Source: a virus
Taxonomy: Duplodnaviria; Caudoviricetes
IMG/VR virus record: IMGVR_UViG_3300011114_000970
Coordinates: 1-52,802 of that record
Strand: one strand, 5' to 3'
DNA length: 52,802 nt
How positions within the stretch are numbered: position 1 is the stretch's first letter; the number at the start of each line of letters is the position of its first letter. Positions 19,661 to 27,726 of this stretch are shown piece by piece. Position numbers and translations under genes: made by a program. A model generated the notes under the pieces. It saw nothing but the letters and a program-made list of their open reading frames with translations. It did no database searches and was not told the origin of the DNA.

Positions 19661-20397
19661 TATGATTTCCTTATCAAGTCAATAGCCTTTGCAATTTCCC
19701 ACCCCAAACCCTTGCCAGTGGTTATCCCGATTTCTTTTGCAGCTTTTTCTAACATCTCAATGGCAACGTCAATATCGGATTCAAAGAATGGTGCAGTCCA
19801 TGGCCAAACTGCAAGTATAAGTCGTTCCATTTCTCGAACGATTTCTCCATATTCTCCCTGTGCACGTAGCGACTTGCGTGCTTTGATTAGGTCGGTAACG
19901 GAACGGAAATTATATTTACAGATAATATTGCATTCTGTGTTCAAAGGCATAATCCCACGAGCGTCTTCGAGTGCTACGCCAGAATCAACTAGCTCTCTAT
20001 AAAAACTCCTAGCTGTATTAGCAGCATCGCGATAGATATCCAGCTGAACTGTATTCATTTTCCTGCCCTCGACAACAGCCAATTCAGACGCATCCGTTAC
20101 ACGCATCGATTGCATTGCGTAAGAAGCAGTCCTAGTTCTTGTTATTTGCTGCGCTACAGCTCGACTAATTCCACTGAGCAGGAAGGTCACGTCGACAAAC
20201 TCCCACGAGCTCTTGATTGTTTTAGCCATGTAGTCTAGCTCTGCTTTTTTCTTCTCTGGAGACCAGCTTTGTATTTCTTCCATCAATCCAGCAGAAAGAT
20301 TCAAACGAGTCTGTTTTGTAAAGATCATAACATCTGCAGCGTGCCAGACTTGGTCAGGTCTGCCAAGACCTGTATAATTCATTAATTCAATTTCCAT
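19660..20397 (-). CDS. thyX: ThyX-family flavin-dependent thymidylate synthase-like protein with atypical motifs
   Basis: ISRAVAQQITRTRTASYAMQSMR, EDARGIMP, NFRS...R....AQGE. Confidence 0.8.
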   Translation of the reverse strand: MEIELMNYTGLGRPDQVWHAADVMIFTKQTRLNLSAGLMEEIQSWSPEKKKAELDYMAKTIKSSWEFVDVTFLLSGISRAVAQQITRTRTASYAMQSMRVTDASELAVVEGRKMNTVQLDIYRDAANTARSFYRELVDSGVALEDARGIMPLNTECNIICKYNFRSVTDLIKARKSLRAQGEYGEIVREMERLILAVWPWTAPFFESDIDVAIEMLEKAAKEIGITTGKGLGWEIAKAIDLIRKS

Positions 20398-20549
20398 GGT
20401 GGTACTCCTTCAGTAATAATTCTTTTTTCTAAAACTGCTATAACTTGTAGCAGCTCTTCTTTGGTTATATCTTCTCTTAAAACATACGACTTAATTACTT
20501 CTAACGTGAACTTAACACCTTCATCGAATGCTTCGACTAAAGGACTCAT
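20382..20549 (-). CDS. Small hypothetical protein (55 aa)
   Basis: MSPLVEAFDEGVKFTLEVIKSY..., overlaps both neighbours and fills the gap. Confidence 0.55.
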   Translation of the reverse strand: MSPLVEAFDEGVKFTLEVIKSYVLREDITKEELLQVIAVLEKRIITEGVPPWKLN

Positions 20550-21451
20550 TTTAGGCTTTCTAATTTACGAGTGTATGAATCTGCATTAACTAAACGCTTA
20601 ATTACATTAAGATCGTGCAGCACATCGTCCAAAAGAATGTTGCGCCAAGTAGCAAATCTTCCTAAAGAATAAATTTGATGATTGTGCGACAGTATTTCTA
20701 CAATATGCCTTCTTGAAGATTCATCAATAGGAGAAATTTTACCATAGGACTGTTTATGAGTGACGTCAATTACAGAAACGTCATCATAAGTTAGCCCAAA
20801 GGAAAATAAAATTTCATCCAAATCAGCTTCTCCATACAAAGGATCTTCCACTGATTCCATAATAAGCAAGTCGCCAGTTATAGAAGCACGATAAACAGGA
20901 GTTAGTGGAGAGGGGTAGTAAATCGTTTGAAAAACATCTGCATTTTTAACTCTGAATCGTTGCACTCGAATAGGGGAAAATTTAAATTGCAGCTTGTCCA
21001 TTCCCGTGATGCCGCTAAGAGTGATCATCTTGTTCATGGGGATGGTACTTATGATCGGACGATCTAAAGGTAATTCTTTAACAGGAGAGTCCCAGTGCAC
21101 TCGATGACCGACTTGGCTTATCAATTGTAAAAGAAAATCTTCTGGGGCAATATATCGATCAACTGCTTCTATATTCCAAATCGACCGATCGAAATATCCA
21201 CCTGTAACTTTGTAAGAATATAAATTAGACATCTGAATATTAGGCTGGTGAAACGCTCCTTCCATCCAGATGTTTTTATAAACTCGAATCTTGCGGAAAG
21301 GAACACCAACAGCGTCCCCAACAGCAGAAGAGCGGAAGCGCAAAACAGCTCTGTGGGACTGAGCGTCCCGAGAGGCTGCTTCGAATACTGACGCTTGCGG
21401 ATTAACTGCAGCAGCAATTAGCCCTGAGAGACCAGCGCCAAGTATAATCAT
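20546..21451 (-). CDS. FAD-dependent oxidoreductase (Rossmann fold; UDP-galactopyranose mutase/amine-oxidase superfamily-like)
   Basis: MIILGAGLSGL...VFEA dinucleotide-binding motif, IISTIP, C-terminal LGRFATW; ATGA overlap with the upstream gene. Confidence 0.75.
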   Translation of the reverse strand: MIILGAGLSGLIAAAVNPQASVFEAASRDAQSHRAVLRFRSSAVGDAVGVPFRKIRVYKNIWMEGAFHQPNIQMSNLYSYKVTGGYFDRSIWNIEAVDRYIAPEDFLLQLISQVGHRVHWDSPVKELPLDRPIISTIPMNKMITLSGITGMDKLQFKFSPIRVQRFRVKNADVFQTIYYPSPLTPVYRASITGDLLIMESVEDPLYGEADLDEILFSFGLTYDDVSVIDVTHKQSYGKISPIDESSRRHIVEILSHNHQIYSLGRFATWRNILLDDVLHDLNVIKRLVNADSYTRKLESLK

Positions 21452-22185
21452 ACGAATGCCTCTGCAATTTCCCACAGCTTCATATTGACCTTGATCGTGT
21501 TGTCCATAGCACGAATGCCGTGCGTACGAGTGGCTCGACCATTACGTGATCGACCGACTACGCCACCTTTGATCATGTTTTCTTGAACCCGATTAAAAAC
21601 ACGCCAAAGATCTTCACCTTTGTCCTCGTCTCTACGAGCTTCGAGTAAAGAATTAGGCATAACACGACCACCCCAAAAAGCAGAGGCTAAAACAGAGAAT
21701 TGAGTGATTTGCGAGGCAGTTAAAATCCGTTTCTTAAACAGTTCAACTCGACGAGCTGCTTCTTGAGCTGCTTTGATAACTTTATTTGCTTCTTCAATAA
21801 CTCTCTCTGCAGTAACGTCAATATGGCGAATGCGCACAGAATCAATCTCGTGCGACTTAACGATCAATCCGTTAGAACAGATCATACGGAACATACCTGC
21901 TTCCATACGTAAAGACGAGCTGCCGTCGTTGGCGTTAATCAAAAGAATTTCAGGCACAGATCCATTGATTTCTTTTAGGTAAGATTCGTGACGCATACGT
22001 ACAAAATGCCGCACAACACGAGGATCACGCTTACGTGGCTTTAGCTGATTTGCTTGCGTAACACGGAAACCTTCCTCACGCATTAGCTCGACAACAGCTC
22101 CTGTGCTGATTAGGTCATATTTAGCAGACAATTTTTCGTATTTAATTCCGTCAATAGCTGCTTCGGGGAGTAATAATTCAGTCAT
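21448..22185 (-). CDS. DUF932-family protein
   Basis: HFVRMR, PEILLINANDGSSS, AGMFRMICSNGL, DLWRVFNRVQEN. Confidence 0.88.
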   Translation of the reverse strand: MTELLLPEAAIDGIKYEKLSAKYDLISTGAVVELMREEGFRVTQANQLKPRKRDPRVVRHFVRMRHESYLKEINGSVPEILLINANDGSSSLRMEAGMFRMICSNGLIVKSHEIDSVRIRHIDVTAERVIEEANKVIKAAQEAARRVELFKKRILTASQITQFSVLASAFWGGRVMPNSLLEARRDEDKGEDLWRVFNRVQENMIKGGVVGRSRNGRATRTHGIRAMDNTIKVNMKLWEIAEAFV

Positions 22186-22194
22186 GATAATTCC

Positions 22195-22395
22195 TTAGTT
22201 AAAAAAGGTTTTTATTTTCTGCCAAAAAGTCTTTTTGACTTTTGGTTTTACAACAACAGTGGCTTTTTTTAATTGCTTAGCCTTGTGCTTCACTTGATAA
22301 ACGTACTGCTCAGAACAGCCAACACTAGCAGCGATTTGTTTTACACTAACACCTTTCGAATCCATCTCACGGATTAATTGAGCTCTGTTTTTCAT
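22195..22395 (-). CDS. Small HTH DNA-binding protein
   Basis: GVSVKQIAASVGCSEQYVYQV helix-turn-helix; GGAG upstream of the ATG at 22395. Confidence 0.7.
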   Translation of the reverse strand: MKNRAQLIREMDSKGVSVKQIAASVGCSEQYVYQVKHKAKQLKKATVVVKPKVKKTFWQKIKTFFN

Positions 22396-22419
22396 TGTAC
22401 ACTCCATAAAAACATCAAA

Positions 22420-22452
22420 GAAAATAGGATGGCAGTTAAAATAACCGCCACC
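22420..22452 (-). terminator. Putative intrinsic terminator inside the early arm
   Basis: Minus strand GGTGGCGGTT-ATTTT-AACTGCCATCC followed by TATTTTCTTT. Confidence 0.55.
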
Positions 22453-22581
22453 CACTCGTACCAAGGTTCTCCTAGGAATTTCAAAACAACCTCGAAACAA
22501 CCCAAACAATTGTGGAGTAGATAATTAAATCAGCTACAAAAAAGTAAGGGAAATATTGACGGGAACGAAATTTTAAGACTT

Positions 22582-23004
22582 TCATTTGCTGGCTCCTTCG
22601 AGGACTTTTGCGTTTAGTTTGGTGATAAAAGAAATAAGCTGATCTGCTGATGTTACTTTTTCAGCATCAAGGCGATCGAAAGCAACCTTGAGTAAACGAT
22701 CAAGTTCGATATTGCGATCGATTGAATCAGCAATCGCTTGCACTAGGACTGCGTATTCGTCTGCACTGAGAGTGTCAGCCATATCACTGTCACAGATTTC
22801 GTCCGACCAAACCATCTCTGCGTCGTGTGCAGAAATAAGCTCGTTGTCGTCGCCTAAATCCAACCAATAACGTACGCCATCAACTTCGGCGTAGTACTGG
22901 TCGCTAACCCAACCACTGTGGGGGTTAGTCCATTGCTCGTAAGAGTTGCGACGCAGGTAGTCACCCTGCTTTTGAGTTAAGTAATACTTCGTATAAGTTT
23001 TCAT
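22582..23004 (-). CDS. Early hypothetical protein
   Basis: 140-aa ORF with CTGGAG RBS. Confidence 0.7.
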   Translation of the reverse strand: MKTYTKYYLTQKQGDYLRRNSYEQWTNPHSGWVSDQYYAEVDGVRYWLDLGDDNELISAHDAEMVWSDEICDSDMADTLSADEYAVLVQAIADSIDRNIELDRLLKVAFDRLDAEKVTSADQLISFITKLNAKVLEGASK

Positions 23005-23022
23005 AAGTTTCTCCAGTTTAGA

Positions 23023-23319
23023 TTAAGCAACTACTTGAACACGTTCAGTTTTTACAGTAATCACCGAAGTAATTTTTGTAAACTTCTGAATTAATTCTTC
23101 GGGGGCATTTAACTCCGCTGCAAGACCTTTGCCGTCCAACGTACCACGTTGTGACAATGTAATTTTGCAAACGAAATCATGACCAAGTGTAGCACCTTCA
23201 CCGAACTCGTTTGCGACTGCTGCTTTGAGTTCTTTAGCACGTGCTTCAAGCAATTTGATTTGCTCGTTGATCATTCCAAGTTCGTCTACTACAGAGGTGT
23301 TTTGGTTGTTTGTTTTCAT
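23023..23319 (-). CDS. Early hypothetical coiled-coil protein
   Basis: MKTNNQNTSVVDELGMINEQIKLLE...; RBS identical to that of the next gene. Confidence 0.7.
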   Translation of the reverse strand: MKTNNQNTSVVDELGMINEQIKLLEARAKELKAAVANEFGEGATLGHDFVCKITLSQRGTLDGKGLAAELNAPEELIQKFTKITSVITVKTERVQVVA

Positions 23320-23365
23320 CAGTTTCTCCAGTTTAAACCGCTCGAAAATTTCGATCGGTATAGCA

Positions 23366-23394
23366 ATTATGAGCGAAAAGTTCCACAAAGGCAA
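23366..23394 (-). promoter_or_regulatory. Sigma70-type early promoter
   Basis: TTGCCT-17 nt-CATAAT with AT-rich upstream tract (23395-23430). Confidence 0.75.
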
Positions 23395-23424
23395 CAACTT
23401 TCTTCATATTTTTATAAAATATTT

Positions 23425-23940
23425 TTAGATTTCAGCTAACTCATTGTTTTTATTGGTAATTTTTATCCAATCAGGGCATCCTACAGTACAACGATCCCAT
23501 TTCATCCAGGTATTTTCGTCGGTTTTCTTCTGATAATACTGGCGATAGGCAATAACAGCATCGGGATTCTTGCATTCATCAGGCATAGCCTGAGCAAATG
23601 GGGTCGGGGCTGCGAATAAAAGCGCAGGTGGGGGAGAAACAAGCTCGCCTGTAAAAAACCCATGGCAAGCGTGAAATTTGTCGTATCGTATTTTATATTC
23701 ACGAGCTAATGCTTGCCCTAACGACACTAACCAGAGATAATTCGTTCTTGAAGCAGCTGCCCAGACAACACAAGGGTGTTTTTCATGAGTCGGTTTATAA
23801 GTAACAGCTGCACCGTTACCGTGAATGTGGTGAACTGTAGCTAAAATTTGCGCAGTTTCGAGCACCATTTTTACGACGTGTTTGTCGCTATGAGCCTTGG
23901 CTGCCATGATTGGTATGTGGTGAAGTATAAATATGTTCAT
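23425..23940 (-). CDS. Pyrimidine-dimer DNA glycosylase (endonuclease V/DenV-like family)
   Basis: MNIF...DKHVVKMVLETAQIL...YKPTHEKHPCVVWA...NYLWL...AYRQYY. Confidence 0.75.
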   Translation of the reverse strand: MNIFILHHIPIMAAKAHSDKHVVKMVLETAQILATVHHIHGNGAAVTYKPTHEKHPCVVWAAASRTNYLWLVSLGQALAREYKIRYDKFHACHGFFTGELVSPPPALLFAAPTPFAQAMPDECKNPDAVIAYRQYYQKKTDENTWMKWDRCTVGCPDWIKITNKNNELAEI

Positions 23941-23976
23941 CTGTTTTTCCTGTTTGTTCGGTTGACTACGAAAGAA

Positions 23977-24005
23977 ATTATGCAACAAAAATTCGCAAAA
24001 GAAAA
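23977..24005 (-). promoter_or_regulatory. Second early promoter, paralogous to 23366-23394
   Basis: TTTTCT-17 nt-CATAAT, sharing the upstream AATATGAA.AAAGTTGTT block. Confidence 0.6.
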
Positions 24006-24041
24006 CAACTTTTTTCATATTTTTTGTAAATCTTTGTTTCT

Positions 24042-24503
24042 ATGAGAGAATCTGCGCTTTGGGCGTCCCTAAAAAGCTCAGGTCAACTCCCTTTTTCAGT
24101 CAGAGTGGAGTCACCTGCTTCTCCTGGACTGCCTGATGTTTATTTTGCATTGGGCAACGGCATAACGGGTTGGATTGAATTAAAAGTCGTACCTGATTCG
24201 CACAAAAAAATAATAACCCAAGGAACAGGTGTTGGGCAGCTCAGACCGCTACAGGTTTTATGGGCGCAACAAGCCAGCGAAAAAAATATTTTTACCTGCG
24301 TGTTGCTTTTTGCGCAAAAGCGAGGCATACTTGTCTCAGGTCGAGATGTAAAGGCATTATTGTCTGCACCGCTCGAGCAAGTCTTAACAAAAGCATTGTG
24401 GATTGGCAGCATTAGTCCACGCAAGCGTTGGGACGGATTACTGGAGAAACTGGATAAACATGGAACAATTGAAACTATTCAAATGGCAACAAACTGCACT
24501 TGA
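24042..24503 (+). CDS. PD-(D/E)XK nuclease (VRR-NUC/Holliday junction resolvase-like)
   Basis: MRES..W, GLPDVYF, WIELK, LRPLQVLW. Confidence 0.8.
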   Translation: MRESALWASLKSSGQLPFSVRVESPASPGLPDVYFALGNGITGWIELKVVPDSHKKIITQGTGVGQLRPLQVLWAQQASEKNIFTCVLLFAQKRGILVSGRDVKALLSAPLEQVLTKALWIGSISPRKRWDGLLEKLDKHGTIETIQMATNCT

Positions 24504-25752
24504 TCGCTCTGTCAATGAGGCTTCTTATGGGCTTTTTGCTGATCCTGGAACAGGTAAAACATACGCAGCGCTAACCATCGCAAAGCATTGGACAAACGCA
24601 GCCATAGTCATCTGTCCGCTTTCTGTGAAGGAACAATGGCACAAGGAAGCAAAGACAGTAAAAATTCCTGTTGTTGTGTTCCACTACGAGCAATTGCGCC
24701 AAAAGAAATTTTTCGACGTCATTTCCACAACACTCAAGAGTAACGAAATAACGTTAATCCTTGACGAAAGTCATCGTATAAAGAGTCCTAGTGCTTTAAC
24801 AACTAAAGCAGCGCTGAAACTTTCTTTCTTAGCGAGCCATAAGTTAGCGCTAACAGGAACACCAACAGCAAACAGTCCTGCCGATTTATATACGCAATTG
24901 AAATTCCTCAAGCCAGAAAAGAAAATGGAAACGTATCGTGACTTCCAAAGTGAATACATAGAAGCATTGCCATTCAACCATCCACTCATGAAACGTATAG
25001 CTGGTAGACCTTTCATCCCTCGCAAAGATAAAAATGGTCGTATGGTTCTGAAGAATATAGAAAATCTAAAAGCTCGTATAACGAGCTACGGATGCACGGT
25101 GAAACTCAATGAGGTGGTGGAGTTACCTGAACGTAGTTTCGTGCAGAAATATTGCGAGCCAAGCAAAGAATTATTAAAAACATATAATGAATTACGTAAG
25201 AATTACACTGCTAAATTTTTAACCAAAGAAGTCACAGCGCAAAATGCCGCCGTGCTTGCTGGTCGTCTTGTCAGACTGACCAGTGGTTATGGGCACGCTG
25301 ACTTTGACGTTTCTTTTCCGAACCCTAAATTGCAAGACCTGCTCGAAGACATAGCCTCTTATGTTGCAGTGGGTAAAGTTATTGTCTGGAGCGTTTGGGT
25401 TGATGAACGCAAAGACGTAATCAAAGAGCTAAAGGAAGCAGGTTACAAGATTGCAATTGAACCCAAAGAATTTATAGAAGGTGACGCACAAATCTTAGTT
25501 GCTTCTCCTAAGATGTTTGGTACTGGCTTAAACTTGCAACTCGCAAAATATCAATTGTGGCTTTCACGCTCGTGGTCATTGCTTGAAAGAGAGCAAGCAT
25601 TAGCGAGGAACTATAGAGCTGGACAAACGGAGAAAACAGTCGTGGTTGATTACCTAACAAAAAATACAATCGACGAGTTTGTGCTCCGTGCATTAGAAAC
25701 AAAAACAGATTTATTAAATCGAATTATGACAACAGGAGCATTTGATGCCTAG
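24460..25752 (+). CDS. SNF2-like superfamily 2 helicase
   Basis: PGTGKT, LDESH, LTGTP, GTGLNLQ, QALARNYRAGQ. Confidence 0.9.
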   Translation: MEQLKLFKWQQTALDRSVNEASYGLFADPGTGKTYAALTIAKHWTNAAIVICPLSVKEQWHKEAKTVKIPVVVFHYEQLRQKKFFDVISTTLKSNEITLILDESHRIKSPSALTTKAALKLSFLASHKLALTGTPTANSPADLYTQLKFLKPEKKMETYRDFQSEYIEALPFNHPLMKRIAGRPFIPRKDKNGRMVLKNIENLKARITSYGCTVKLNEVVELPERSFVQKYCEPSKELLKTYNELRKNYTAKFLTKEVTAQNAAVLAGRLVRLTSGYGHADFDVSFPNPKLQDLLEDIASYVAVGKVIVWSVWVDERKDVIKELKEAGYKIAIEPKEFIEGDAQILVASPKMFGTGLNLQLAKYQLWLSRSWSLLEREQALARNYRAGQTEKTVVVDYLTKNTIDEFVLRALETKTDLLNRIMTTGAFDA

Positions 25753-26080
25753 AGTATTTGTAACATCTAACCGCATGCGGAAGGACTCAGTAACAAAAGA
25801 GTTACGACCTATTGTGGATTTACGTCCTGCTGAACAGCATGGTCAACTTGTTTCTATTTTTGACCACGACATGGAGCCAAACAATCAAACTGATATGGCT
25901 GCAGCGAGAGATCGATTAACTGATTTTGATCCATTTGAAGATTTCATTTTGCCGAATGGCTCGCCAGTAGCAACCCTAGCAGCGGGATTAATTCTTGGAG
26001 AAAAACAAATGCCAGAAGTGCAAGTGCTTGTGTGGGACAGAATCTATCTCAAATACATTTTGACTGTGGTTGAACTATGA
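25742..26080 (+). CDS. Hypothetical protein
   Basis: 112-aa ORF overlapping both neighbours. Confidence 0.7.
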   Translation: MMPRVFVTSNRMRKDSVTKELRPIVDLRPAEQHGQLVSIFDHDMEPNNQTDMAAARDRLTDFDPFEDFILPNGSPVATLAAGLILGEKQMPEVQVLVWDRIYLKYILTVVEL

Positions 26081-27045
26081 GCTTGCATGCGAAACTATCT
26101 CCCAGTGGATCAGCAAGGTGGCTGTCTTGTCCTGGATCTGTTTGGTTAGCAGAAGAAGCACCGATTCCAATAAGTACCGCAGCCGCAACAGAAGGCACAG
26201 ATGCGCATGAATGGGCTGCAAAGATTCTGCTTGGCGGTGATGACTTTGATTGCCCTTACACAGGCTTAGACATTTACGTCAATCGAGTACGTGCCTCAGC
26301 AGAGCGCAAAGGTGCGCAGCTCTGGATTGAAGAACGAGTCTACCTGACAGAAGACATTCACGGCACTCCTGATGCTTGTGTTATGTATAAAAAAGAATTA
26401 GAAGTATTCGATTTGAAATATGGATACAACAAAGTCGAAGCGATGGATAATACACAAATGATTATCTATGCTGGCGCAGCGATCAAGACTTATAATCTTA
26501 ACCCCAGCAAGATAATTCTACACATCGTGCAACCTCGTGCAGGTGGCATTCGTTCTTGTGTTATGACTCGTAAATTATTCGAGGCAAGATTAAAAACTAT
26601 CCTTGCAGCGGCGGATGATCTTTTAAAGAATCCTGCAGCTCCACGCCAAGCAGGCGAACACTGTCAGTACTGCGTTGCAGCGACGATCTGTCCAGAGCGT
26701 TCAACAGAAGCAAAACGGATGGCAGAAATTGCATTCCGTACGGTGCAAGAAGTAGACGAAGATATGTTGATCTGGGCTATTGAAAGCAAAAAACGTATTG
26801 TTGAATGGTTTGACACAATGAATACTTACGCACTTGAAAAACCACCAACAGGATACGCAGTGGTGCAAGGTCAAGGCAGAAGAATTTGGCGCACTGACAT
26901 AGAAGTGCCAACAGTTTTGAAAGCGATGACGCTATCAGAAGCAGAAAAAGCAGGTTACCCACTGGATGACTTAACAGTGAAAAAACCTGGACCACTAACG
27001 CTTGTGAAAAAAGAAGTTGACACTGATCAATTTTCTGATTTATGA
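26077..27045 (+). CDS. DUF2800/Cas4-like PD-(D/E)XK exonuclease
   Basis: HAKLSPS..RWLSCPGS, GTDAH, GTPD, DLKYG, QMIIYA, HCQYC...C. Confidence 0.88.
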   Translation: MSLHAKLSPSGSARWLSCPGSVWLAEEAPIPISTAAATEGTDAHEWAAKILLGGDDFDCPYTGLDIYVNRVRASAERKGAQLWIEERVYLTEDIHGTPDACVMYKKELEVFDLKYGYNKVEAMDNTQMIIYAGAAIKTYNLNPSKIILHIVQPRAGGIRSCVMTRKLFEARLKTILAAADDLLKNPAAPRQAGEHCQYCVAATICPERSTEAKRMAEIAFRTVQEVDEDMLIWAIESKKRIVEWFDTMNTYALEKPPTGYAVVQGQGRRIWRTDIEVPTVLKAMTLSEAEKAGYPLDDLTVKKPGPLTLVKKEVDTDQFSDL

Positions 27046-27119
27046 GTTTTGACACAAGTGCTATGGCTGTAACACTTGTGTTCCTTTTATCCAGCCATTT
27101 GTCTAAGGAGTAATTGAGT

Positions 27120-27674
27120 ATGAGTACTATTTCCCCTATTGGGCGTATTTCCTTCCCCCATTTATTCAAACCACAGCAGAATGATCGTGGCGAGAATGTA
27201 TGGTCGCTGGTTATTGTATTCGATAAAAAAGCGCAAGCTTCTGAAGAATATAAAGCGATGGAAGCAGGTGTTCAAGCTGCAGCTGTAGAGCGTTTTGGTG
27301 CTAAAATGCCAGCTGGTGTAAAGCGTAAATCGTTGGAGCCAAAGTCAGGCTATCCAATCACACTGTGCGAAACAAAGCCAGAGTGGTTTGCTTGGGCTGG
27401 TGAAGGCAGCACGATGATTACTTTTTCCAGTAAATATGCGCCTGTGGTGATTGACCGTAACAAGACGGAAATCTTGGATCAAGCAGAAGTATACGCAGGG
27501 CAGTTTGGTCGTGTGCAGTGGACGACTTATGCCTATGATGCTTCAGGCAATCAGGGTGTTTCTTTCGGGTTGCGTGCTTATCAAAAAGTGAAGGATGGTG
27601 AAGCACTCTCGGGTGGTAAACCAGATCTCGGCGCATTCGGTGAAGTTACAGAAGAAGACGTCGAAGCATTTTAA
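27120..27674 (+). CDS. DUF2815-family ssDNA-binding protein
   Basis: RISFPHLF, VYAG, GNQGVSFGL...QKVKDGEALSG, acidic tail ending in Phe. Confidence 0.85.
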   Translation: MSTISPIGRISFPHLFKPQQNDRGENVWSLVIVFDKKAQASEEYKAMEAGVQAAAVERFGAKMPAGVKRKSLEPKSGYPITLCETKPEWFAWAGEGSTMITFSSKYAPVVIDRNKTEILDQAEVYAGQFGRVQWTTYAYDASGNQGVSFGLRAYQKVKDGEALSGGKPDLGAFGEVTEEDVEAF

Positions 27675-27680
27675 GTTGTA

Positions 27681-27714
27681 AGAGTGTCCGAGGGCAACCT
27701 CGGCACTCTCTTTC
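27681..27714 (+). terminator. Hairpin/terminator between SSB and primase
   Basis: AGAGTG(T)CCGAGG-GCAA-CCTCGGCACTCT followed by CTTTC. Confidence 0.7.
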
Positions 27715-27726
27715 ACTGCAAAGAAT

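Noticed and set aside
18948-21451. Known Z-base, 7-deazaguanine or hydroxymethyl-pyrimidine pathways
   Set aside because: No PurZ, FolE/QueCDE/DpdA, ThyA-fold hydroxymethylase or glycosyltransferase recognisable
26077-27045. Cas4 as sign of a CRISPR-Cas system
   Set aside because: DUF2800-type phage exonuclease in a replication module; no other cas gene or array
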